DNA of 64,000 nucleotides. It comes from Bacilli bacterium. GTDB taxonomy: Bacteria > Bacillota_I > Bacilli_A > ML615J-28 > CAG-698. The notes below the pieces were generated by a model that worked only from the letters and a program-made list of their open reading frames with translations, made no database searches and was not told the DNA's origin. Location: positions 7,193 through 71,192 of the forward strand of contig JAGCUR010000005.1 of NCBI GenBank assembly GCA_017962745.1, given 5' to 3'. A program made the position numbers and the translations under genes. This document shows positions 53,689 through 61,733 of this stretch, in pieces; within the stretch, counting starts at the first letter, position 1; each line of letters begins with the position of its first letter.

Positions 53689-54207
53689 TTAAAATAATTC
53701 ACTAATCATGCTTTGTCTTTTTTGCACGCGTTTAGCTTTATATACTTTTGAACATAAAAACTCTTTTAAAGCTATCCATGTATCCGCATTACATACAATT
53801 CTAGCTTCAGTTGTTTTTGGAAAACACTTAAAATTAATCGGCCACATATGAGATAATATTAAGTTTGCTACTTTATCACTAATATCAAAATCTCTTTTAG
53901 CATTGCTTACCGCAATCGATGGATGCCTTGATCCATGATGTTTAAGCAAGCTTCTATCGCTTCGCCAATCATACAAATAATAATCGTGTAAAATGGAAGC
54001 AATCAAGATCGACTCTAAATCTAATTCTTTCTTTTTCTTTAGCGCTCTTTTAATTGCTAATTTGGCAACTAAAAATGAGTGAATATAACAATTAGATCCG
54101 CGATGCATACTAACATCCTTCATCCTATCAATTAACGGATTATTTAAATATGAATAATAAATTGTTTCTAGTTTTTCTTTTTCTTCTAAACTTAAACTTC
54201 TTTTCAT
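53689..54207 (-). CDS. HD-domain phosphohydrolase
   Basis: HSFLVA..ILHDYYLYDW..H..D pattern consistent with an HD metal-dependent phosphohydrolase; 172 aa. Confidence 0.55.
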   Translation of the reverse strand: MKRSLSLEEKEKLETIYYSYLNNPLIDRMKDVSMHRGSNCYIHSFLVAKLAIKRALKKKKELDLESILIASILHDYYLYDWRSDRSLLKHHGSRHPSIAVSNAKRDFDISDKVANLILSHMWPINFKCFPKTTEARIVCNADTWIALKEFLCSKVYKAKRVQKRQSMISELF

Positions 54208-54278
54208 ATATTGGCCTTTTACTCTACTTTAAATTATAACATAAAAAAGACTAGAAAAATCTAGTCTTCGCAAATTAA

Positions 54279-56309
54279 TTAGTTAATTTTTTTGGTTAAT
54301 GTTAAGATGTTTTTATTATCTAGATATTGATAACTTACTTCATCCATATTTTTCTTAACTAAGAATATGCCTAGTCCACCAATTTGACGATCTTCAGCTG
54401 ATAAAGTATTATCGGGATCAGCTTTCGCAAGCGGGTCAAATGGCATACCACTATCAATAAATTGTAAGGTTACAACTCCATCATTAAATCCTAATTTGAT
54501 TTCACAATCGCCTTCTCCTTCACCATATGCATAATTAGCGATATTAACAAACACCTCTTCAATCGATAAATCAATTTGGGTTTGGGCTTTCATTTGGCAA
54601 TCGTGCTTTTCTAAGAATTCATCGATAAATTCCATTACTTGATAAAGGTTTTCATTCTTCGCCTTTACAACTAGTTTATTTTCTTCTTTTTTGTTTAGTT
54701 CAAAGCATACCATAGTTAAATCATCAAACTGAGGCGCTTCTCCTACGAACTTGTCTACATCTGAATGAATGAAATCTAAGATTTCTTTTGGGGAAGATGC
54801 TTTACATTCATTTAAAGCATTTACCATCCTATTCATACCATATAACTCTTTATCCGTATTAGTAGCTTCAGTAACTCCATCAGTATATAAAAATAGTTTA
54901 TCGCCCGGATGTAAATCAATCTCATAATCGTTATATTTAGCATTAGCGTTAGCACCGATTACTAAGCCATGCTTATTTTTGAATAATTCAAATGATCCCC
55001 CATCGTGATATATTGCTGGGTCATCATGACCAGCATTACTTGCTACAATCTTGCCTGTAGATAATTGCACAATACCCAGCCATACAGTTACAAACATATC
55101 AGCTTCATTGTGCTTACAAATTCCTTCATTAACAAATGTCAATATTTCTCCTGGTGTTCCACCCATTCGCGTTCTGTCGCTTATTAGGATGTTAGTTACC
55201 ATCATAAACAAAGCAGCCGGAATTCCTTTTCCACTTACATCCGCAATGACGATTGCTAAATGATCATCATCAATTAAGAAGAAATTATAGAAGTCCCCAC
55301 CTACAACTTTCGCTGGGGTCATACTAGCATAAATACCAAAGTCAGATCGTTCTGGAAAGGCTGGGAAATTATTAGGAATTGAGTTTTCTTGAATAGTTGA
55401 TGCTATTGATAACTCAGCTCCAATTTTTTCTTTTTCTTTAGTAGCAATAGTTAAGTTATTCATATAACTTAACATATCTTCTTCCATCTTATCGACCGAT
55501 TTAGCTAAATTCGATATTTCTTGAATCCTACTAATATTACCTAACTTCTCGCCTTGCGAACTCTCTTTCGCAAATCTTGTAGCTTCATTTGCCACTTTAC
55601 GCATTGGTTGAACAAACTGTTTCTTTAAATAAGCTATCGTAATTAGAGCTGTAAGGATAGCAACTAATATAATTGAAAGAGCGATATTTACTAAATATGG
55701 CTTTCTAGCTGCTTTCAATTCACCAATCGGCCTTTGAATGCACATTAATGCTACTACTTTACCATTAGATGCTTTCATCGGCACTAAAATGGTAATGTGC
55801 GGATTTTGGCCATTCAAATTTCTGGTCCTAAAAACAGTTTCATATTCTTCTTCGCCTTTATACAAAGTTTCATATTTTTTTTTATATTCATCATTGGTTG
55901 TGTCGCGCTTATGACCTAATTCCCATGGCGTATAATTAGTATTATCGACACCATTATTAACCGCATTAAAGATGGATACAAATCTTCCATAATCGCTTTC
56001 ATCTACTTTAATAATATAGACAAGCGATAAATTCATTTTATCGCAATATGCATCTAGATAAGCTTTCGTTTGATTATATTCTTCATCAATCCCATTTTCT
56101 AAATAATTATCTAGATGATCTATATTTACTAATGAACAGGCAGTTGCCGCCATATGGTAAGATGTTGTAGAGTATTCTTTTTTAAAAGCAGTCGTAAAAC
56201 TCATCAATCCAATTACGCTAACAACTAAACTAAAGAATACAAGCAATACCAATATGAAGCTAATAATACGAAAAGATAAAGATGAAAATATTTTTTTCAG
56301 TTTATTCAT
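54279..56309 (-). CDS. Membrane sensor PP2C (SpoIIE/RsbU-type) phosphatase fused to a C-terminal RsbW/SpoIIAB-type GHKL serine kinase domain
   Basis: TM1, extracytoplasmic domain of about 170 aa, TM2, HAMP-like linker; PP2C motifs (GGDFYNFFLIDDDHLAIVIADVSGKGIPAALFM, FDDLTMV); C-terminal N-box EEVFVNIANYAY and G-boxes IDSGMPFDP, GGLGIFLV. Confidence 0.75.
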   Translation of the reverse strand: MNKLKKIFSSLSFRIISFILVLLVFFSLVVSVIGLMSFTTAFKKEYSTTSYHMAATACSLVNIDHLDNYLENGIDEEYNQTKAYLDAYCDKMNLSLVYIIKVDESDYGRFVSIFNAVNNGVDNTNYTPWELGHKRDTTNDEYKKKYETLYKGEEEYETVFRTRNLNGQNPHITILVPMKASNGKVVALMCIQRPIGELKAARKPYLVNIALSIILVAILTALITIAYLKKQFVQPMRKVANEATRFAKESSQGEKLGNISRIQEISNLAKSVDKMEEDMLSYMNNLTIATKEKEKIGAELSIASTIQENSIPNNFPAFPERSDFGIYASMTPAKVVGGDFYNFFLIDDDHLAIVIADVSGKGIPAALFMMVTNILISDRTRMGGTPGEILTFVNEGICKHNEADMFVTVWLGIVQLSTGKIVASNAGHDDPAIYHDGGSFELFKNKHGLVIGANANAKYNDYEIDLHPGDKLFLYTDGVTEATNTDKELYGMNRMVNALNECKASSPKEILDFIHSDVDKFVGEAPQFDDLTMVCFELNKKEENKLVVKAKNENLYQVMEFIDEFLEKHDCQMKAQTQIDLSIEEVFVNIANYAYGEGEGDCEIKLGFNDGVVTLQFIDSGMPFDPLAKADPDNTLSAEDRQIGGLGIFLVKKNMDEVSYQYLDNKNILTLTKKIN

Positions 56310-56313
56310 ATTA

Positions 56314-56610
56314 TTACCTAATTGTTAAGAAGTCCGTAAATCCTGTTATTTCAAATACTTCCATTACATCTTCTTGCACGTTTTCAATAACCATTTCTCC
56401 TCGACCACTCATTAATTTTTGGGCTTTCAAAAATATTCTAAGTCCGGCTGAAGATGTATAATCCATTTCTTTTAAATCAAATACTAAAGATGTAACACCT
56501 TCTAAGTTTTCCATAAGGAATGATTCAAGTTCTGGTGCAGTAACTGTATCTAGTCTGCCATTTAAACAAATAGTTAGTTTTTCTCCTTCACGTGTATGGC
56601 TAATATTCAT
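56314..56610 (-). CDS. STAS-domain anti-sigma-factor antagonist (SpoIIAA/RsbV-like)
   Basis: 98 aa; conserved phosphorylatable-serine motif DYTSSAGLRIFL; 4 nt upstream of the PP2C-kinase gene. Confidence 0.8.
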   Translation of the reverse strand: MNISHTREGEKLTICLNGRLDTVTAPELESFLMENLEGVTSLVFDLKEMDYTSSAGLRIFLKAQKLMSGRGEMVIENVQEDVMEVFEITGFTDFLTIR

Positions 56611-56626
56611 AATAATTCTCCTTAAA

Positions 56627-57202
56627 CTAAATTATATTTTTAATATTCTTAATGACATCATCAATTATTAACTCTGCGTTACTTCCATCAATATCTAAGC
56701 CTTCAGCTTTAATAAATAATGTATTTTTAATTTCAAAGAAATCTTTAGCAAGACTATCGACATAATTAAATGCATAATTATCTTTAGGAATAAACCCACC
56801 AGATGTAGCTACATATATTAATCTTTTTGCTTTGCATAAGCCAACTGGAATTCCTTCATCACTATATACAAAACTCATTCCATTGATACATATATTTTCT
56901 AAATATATCTTTAAGACAGATGGAAAAGATAAATCCCAATACGGAGCAGCAATGACAATCTCATCAGCCTCTTTAAACTGCTTCACATAGCGAAAATAAT
57001 CATCGCTAAAATCATTTTCTAAAAATGCCTTGTCTCTTAAGTCTAATGCGTCTTTATCGAGTGGTTTGATATCTTCTTTATATAAATCTACTTCTGCTAT
57101 CCTGCCATCTAGATTATTAAGCACTTCTTTTGCTAACTTAAGTGTTCTAGAATTAGAGCGCAAGCAAGCATTGATGAATAATATGTTTTTCATTAGAACC
57201 AA
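56627..57202 (-). CDS. FMN-dependent NAD(P)H:quinone oxidoreductase / azoreductase-like flavoprotein
   Basis: ADEIVIAAPYWDLSFPSVLKIYLENI parallels AzoR [26 protein letters not shown]; the likely true start is the internal MKNILFINA. Confidence 0.65.
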   Translation of the reverse strand: MVLMKNILFINACLRSNSRTLKLAKEVLNNLDGRIAEVDLYKEDIKPLDKDALDLRDKAFLENDFSDDYFRYVKQFKEADEIVIAAPYWDLSFPSVLKIYLENICINGMSFVYSDEGIPVGLCKAKRLIYVATSGGFIPKDNYAFNYVDSLAKDFFEIKNTLFIKAEGLDIDGSNAELIIDDVIKNIKNII

Positions 57203-58332
57203 AGTGAATCAAGTGTCTTTACATTTTCATTTATGAAGTTTAAGCAATAAGCACTTACTTGACTTGCATATGGATCATCTAGACCAAATCTACGTACCAT
57301 CCAACGGAAGATATGCAAGTAACTGATAAAGGCTGCTTTTCTTTCCACTTCTTTAATGAAATCTTCATCACGACCTTCAAAATAATATTTTAAAGTATAT
57401 TTCCATAAGTCTTGGCATTGATTTCTTTCAATTCCTAAGAAAGCGGCACTATTGTTTTTATCAATGCAAGAATAACCTAAGTATGCTCCATAAATTTCTG
57501 AGAATTCAAAGATTGGATGACCTAAAGCTAGGGTATCCATATCGATAAGTAAATTCTCATTGTTTTGTTTCATAATGTTTTTAATATGATAATCACCATG
57601 AAGCATATTATTTGTATTAGGTACATCATTAACTAATTTCATTACTTTACCGTAAACTTCAGCGCTTAAGTAAGGTTTTGCAAATTCAGCCCACTTTAAA
57701 ACTTCTTCTTTTTTGTTTGGAAGTTCACCTGGTTTTAAGGTAGTTGAGTGAATAATCTTTAAGATATCAACGCTTTCTTTTGCTAACTGTTCTACATTCG
57801 CGCCTTCACGGATTAACATCGCAAATGATTTCGCATTAAGTAGTTCGAAAACTGAACCATATAATTCTCCAACTTTAACTACATCGTATGGAATAGCAGT
57901 TGGGATTCCCATAACAAATGCTTTACGCGCTAGTTCTCTTTCATGTTGGATATCAGCTAGAGAATCAGGATTCTTATAAAGTTTAACTATTGTATCAGGA
58001 TCAGTACGATATACGATACCATTAGCACCTTCGCCGATTACTTCGCATCCTTCAATTGATATTTCACGATATGCTTTTGATATTTCCATCATCTCTGTAA
58101 AACCAGTCATATCAAATATTTCATAAACGTCTAGTTTACAGTTGATAATTTTCGTATCTGGATTGCTCTTTTTAATCCTTAAGATTACTCTTAAACCAGC
58201 GCTTGAAATATATTCAAGGCCTGACGCATCAAGAATAATCTCACCACTAAAACCATTAATTTCTTGGTTAAGAGCCTCTTCTACGGCGCTCGCGTTTGTC
58301 GAATCGATTCTACCTGTTAATTTTACGATCAT
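57193..58332 (-). CDS. STAS-domain protein fused to an APH/protein-kinase-like phosphotransferase domain
   Basis: N-terminal 100 aa STAS with EYISSAGLRVIL; C-terminal Gly-rich loop GEGANGIVY..VKLYK, catalytic HGDYHIKNIM and IDMDTLALG (Brenner/HGD and DFG-equivalent motifs). Confidence 0.7.
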   Translation of the reverse strand: MIVKLTGRIDSTNASAVEEALNQEINGFSGEIILDASGLEYISSAGLRVILRIKKSNPDTKIINCKLDVYEIFDMTGFTEMMEISKAYREISIEGCEVIGEGANGIVYRTDPDTIVKLYKNPDSLADIQHERELARKAFVMGIPTAIPYDVVKVGELYGSVFELLNAKSFAMLIREGANVEQLAKESVDILKIIHSTTLKPGELPNKKEEVLKWAEFAKPYLSAEVYGKVMKLVNDVPNTNNMLHGDYHIKNIMKQNNENLLIDMDTLALGHPIFEFSEIYGAYLGYSCIDKNNSAAFLGIERNQCQDLWKYTLKYYFEGRDEDFIKEVERKAAFISYLHIFRWMVRRFGLDDPYASQVSAYCLNFINENVKTLDSLWF

Positions 58333-58458
58333 AGTTTTCTCCTTAAATTATTATCTATTAACATTATAACAAAAAAATAATGATATAAAAACTATAAAAA
58401 AGAAAAAGACTAATTATTTATTTAGTCTTTTTTCATAGTCAAATATGCATTAAAAGTT

Positions 58459-59589
58459 TTAATTCATTAGTTTATCTTTTAATGTGTTAATTTGTAATTC
58501 GCTCATTCCGGCTTCAGTTAAAAATGCCTCAGCATATACTGATAAATCACAAGTTTTATAATCTACACTATTATCATTTACCATGCTTTTTATCATTGGG
58601 TTAAGTAAACTATCAATGATTACGCTATATTTATCTGAATCTTCCCCAATACGATAATAATTATAATATGTAATCATATAGTCTTTTACTATTTCATCAT
58701 AGCCTGCTCCAACTAATGCTTCTAGTAACATACAAACAAAGCCAGTTCGATCTTTTCCTTCAGTGCAGTGTACAAGATATGGCCCATCGTGTTTAATCAT
58801 TTCTTTTAAACCGCCCGCAACTTTTTCTTTAAAGTCTTGAGAGCCATAATTCATATTTAGACCGATTGGATAAACAGCATCACTTTCATATAATGCTAAG
58901 AAATATGGGCAGTTAAATGAAGGATTATTGATGTAACCACTAACTTTTGCATCAGTATCTGCCAAATCTAAAATAAATGATACTCCTGCTTCTCTAATTA
59001 GCGCATCTACAAATGTAGCTCTATTATGTTGGTTATCGCAAGGTGAAGCTGAACGATATAACGTATTAGCTTTTAAACCCGTTACATTAGAGGCTCTAAA
59101 GTTAGCAAACATCTCATCACTATCATATCTTTCTCTTTCATCAAGATATTGAAGATTACGAACATTTTGAATTGGCAGATATTTGCCTTTTTCATTTATG
59201 GTAATAGTTGCTGTATCTTCTTCAGACAAATTTGCCACAAAGAATAAATCATCACCATTATTAATTGCTACTTTAATAAAGTCATAGCCAGGGTATGCTA
59301 CAAGCAATGGTTCGCCATTATTTGTATAATAACCATTATAATATGGGATATCCTCTAGTATATAGCCATTAGAAAACTTAACAGTTACCGAATCACCATA
59401 CTCAAAACCTAGTTCGTTAAATTCTTCGATTGTTTTAGTAACATATACACCACCAAATTCTAATTCGTGAATTATTGGTTGTTTTTTAAGGGCTACTTTA
59501 CCACTGCAGGCAAATATTGGTAAAACTAGTATTATGCATAAGATACTAAATATTAAAATATAAGATAAAACATTTTTGATTTTCTTCAT
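58459..59589 (-). CDS. Secreted/lipoprotein tyrosine-phosphatase-like protein (CX5R P-loop)
   Basis: Signal peptide with lipobox-like LPIFACSG; C-terminal HCTEGKDRTG PTP active-site loop; 376 aa. Confidence 0.65.
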   Translation of the reverse strand: MKKIKNVLSYILIFSILCIILVLPIFACSGKVALKKQPIIHELEFGGVYVTKTIEEFNELGFEYGDSVTVKFSNGYILEDIPYYNGYYTNNGEPLLVAYPGYDFIKVAINNGDDLFFVANLSEEDTATITINEKGKYLPIQNVRNLQYLDERERYDSDEMFANFRASNVTGLKANTLYRSASPCDNQHNRATFVDALIREAGVSFILDLADTDAKVSGYINNPSFNCPYFLALYESDAVYPIGLNMNYGSQDFKEKVAGGLKEMIKHDGPYLVHCTEGKDRTGFVCMLLEALVGAGYDEIVKDYMITYYNYYRIGEDSDKYSVIIDSLLNPMIKSMVNDNSVDYKTCDLSVYAEAFLTEAGMSELQINTLKDKLMN

Positions 59590-59655
59590 AATCTTATCTC
59601 CCTATTTATAACATCATTATATAACAATACTTTACCAATAACAAATAAATATGAT

Positions 59656-59684
59656 TTGCCAAAGAAGGGTTATTATGATATAAA
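59656..59684 (+). promoter_or_regulatory. Putative sigma-A promoter for glgB (TTGCCA-17-TATAAA)
   Basis: ttgcca, 17 nt, tataaa, about 25 nt upstream of a GGAGG RBS. Confidence 0.45.
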
Positions 59685-59705
59685 GGATTTGTATTAAGAA
59701 TTATT

Positions 59706-61715
59706 ATGGAGGTAAAAATGTATCGCCTAATTAATATATTTCCTGAATTAAAACCATTCAGTAATGATATTGATTTAAGAATGGAACGTTATAAGAATAA
59801 ACATAAGCAATTAGTTAAGCGTAATAAGACATTATGCGATTTTGCTAATGCACATAACTATTATGGCTTCCATCGTTTAGATAATGGCTGGGTATACCGT
59901 GAATGGGCACCTGGTGCTGATATGTTATACCTTACCGGTGATTTTAATAATTGGCACTGGTTAGATCATCCAATGACTAAACTAGATAATGGTAATTGGG
60001 AATTATTCTTAAGTGGGGAGACAATTCATCCAGGCAGTCGCGTCTTAACTATCGTTAAGAATGGTGACAAGTTGACTCAACATATCCCCCTTTATGCTCG
60101 CCGTGCTATTCAAGACCCGACTACGATGAGTTGGTGTTGTGAAGTAACTGATGACCTAGCTAATTATCCATGGAGCGATGAAGGATTTTTTAGCGATGAA
60201 GCCCCTCTAATTTATGAAGCACATGTGGGGATGTGCGGTGAAGGCCAAAAAGTTGAAACATACCGCGCGTTTGCGGATAACATCTTACCTCATGTTAAGT
60301 ATTTAGGTTATAACACAATTCAGCTAATGGCAATTATGGAACATCCATATTATGGCTCATTTGGTTATCAAGTAAGTAGCTTCTTTGCGGCTTCATCTAG
60401 ATTTGGTTATCCTGATGAACTTAAATATTTAGTCAATAAAGCTCATTCGATGGGTATTAGAGTATTACTAGATGTCGTGCATTCACATGCGGTAAGTAAT
60501 ACGCTAGAAGGCATCAATATGTTTGATGGTACTGATTACCAGTTCTTCCATAGCGGAGCTAAAGGTAATCACCCAGCCTGGGGTACAAAACTATTTAATT
60601 ACGATAAACCAGAAGTCCTACACTTCCTACTAAGTAACTTGAAGTTTTGGATGGAGGAATATCATTTTGATGGTTTCCGCTTTGATGGCGTTACATCAAT
60701 GCTTTATCACGACCACGCTTTAGGTACTGATTTTTCTAATCTAGCGATGTATTTTACAATGAATACTGATATTGAAGCTTTGACTTACTTGCAACTAGCT
60801 AACGAGTTAATCCATCAAGTTAACCCCCATGCGATAACGATCGCGGAAGATATGAGCGGTATGCCAGGCATGTGTAATGATATTAAAGATGGTGGTATCG
60901 GTTTTGATTACCGTTTAGGCATGGGCTTACCTGATATGTGGATTAAGTTAATCAAAGAGTGCAGTGATGAAAACTGGAACTTAGGCGCAATCTGGCACGA
61001 ATTAACTAACCGCAATGTTAAGACTATTGCTTATACTGAAAGCCACGATCAAGCTTTAGTAGGTGATAAAACAATTATGTTTAGGCTAGCTGATGCGGCA
61101 ATGTACACGCAGATGCGTAAAGACTGCCATACCCCAGTAATTGATAGAGCCATGGCCTTACATAAAATGATTCGCTTAATTACAATTGGAGCTGGTGGCA
61201 ATGGTTACCTTGACTTTATGGGTAATGAATTCGGTCATCCAGAATGGATAGATTTCCCACGTGTAGGTAATGGTAATAGCTATTGGTACTGTAGAAGACA
61301 GTGGAGCTTATTATTCAATCAAGATTTAAAATATCAATGCTTAAATTACTTTGATCGCGATATGGTTCATACTGCTGCATACTATCACATATTTGATCAA
61401 TTCTGGCCAGATATCAAATGGATTCACGAAGATGATAAAGTAATTGCCTTTGAAAGAGGTGGATTACTATTTGCCTTTAACTTCTCACCAACTAAAGATT
61501 ATTCGGATTATTCAATCCCAGTAAGTAAAGGTGAGGATTATGAAGTGTTATTCTCAAGTGATGATTACATTTATGGCGGATTCGGTAGAATCGAAAGAAA
61601 ATCACATAGTGCCTTTATTCCTGGTATGAATGGTAACTATGTGAGATTATATATGCCATCTAGGACATGTATCATTCTTTGTCCTAAGAGTATGGTAGGA
61701 AAAAAAGAAGACTAG
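59706..61715 (+). CDS. glgB: 1,4-alpha-glucan branching enzyme (GH13)
   Basis: GH13 catalytic regions (GIRVLLDVVHSHA, GFRFDGVTSMLY, EDMSGMPG, YTESHDQALVGDK); a GGAGG RBS positioned for the second ATG (59718) suggests the true start is MYRLINIF. Confidence 0.85.
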   Translation: MEVKMYRLINIFPELKPFSNDIDLRMERYKNKHKQLVKRNKTLCDFANAHNYYGFHRLDNGWVYREWAPGADMLYLTGDFNNWHWLDHPMTKLDNGNWELFLSGETIHPGSRVLTIVKNGDKLTQHIPLYARRAIQDPTTMSWCCEVTDDLANYPWSDEGFFSDEAPLIYEAHVGMCGEGQKVETYRAFADNILPHVKYLGYNTIQLMAIMEHPYYGSFGYQVSSFFAASSRFGYPDELKYLVNKAHSMGIRVLLDVVHSHAVSNTLEGINMFDGTDYQFFHSGAKGNHPAWGTKLFNYDKPEVLHFLLSNLKFWMEEYHFDGFRFDGVTSMLYHDHALGTDFSNLAMYFTMNTDIEALTYLQLANELIHQVNPHAITIAEDMSGMPGMCNDIKDGGIGFDYRLGMGLPDMWIKLIKECSDENWNLGAIWHELTNRNVKTIAYTESHDQALVGDKTIMFRLADAAMYTQMRKDCHTPVIDRAMALHKMIRLITIGAGGNGYLDFMGNEFGHPEWIDFPRVGNGNSYWYCRRQWSLLFNQDLKYQCLNYFDRDMVHTAAYYHIFDQFWPDIKWIHEDDKVIAFERGGLLFAFNFSPTKDYSDYSIPVSKGEDYEVLFSSDDYIYGGFGRIERKSHSAFIPGMNGNYVRLYMPSRTCIILCPKSMVGKKED

Positions 61716-61733
61716 TAACTAGTCTTCTTTTTT
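61701..61733. terminator. Bidirectional terminator palindrome shared by convergent glgB and the PP2C sensor gene; both stop codons lie inside the stem
   Basis: aaaaaagaagactagt-a-actagtcttctttttt; glgB TAG at 61713-61715, minus-strand TAG at 61719-61721. Confidence 0.7.
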
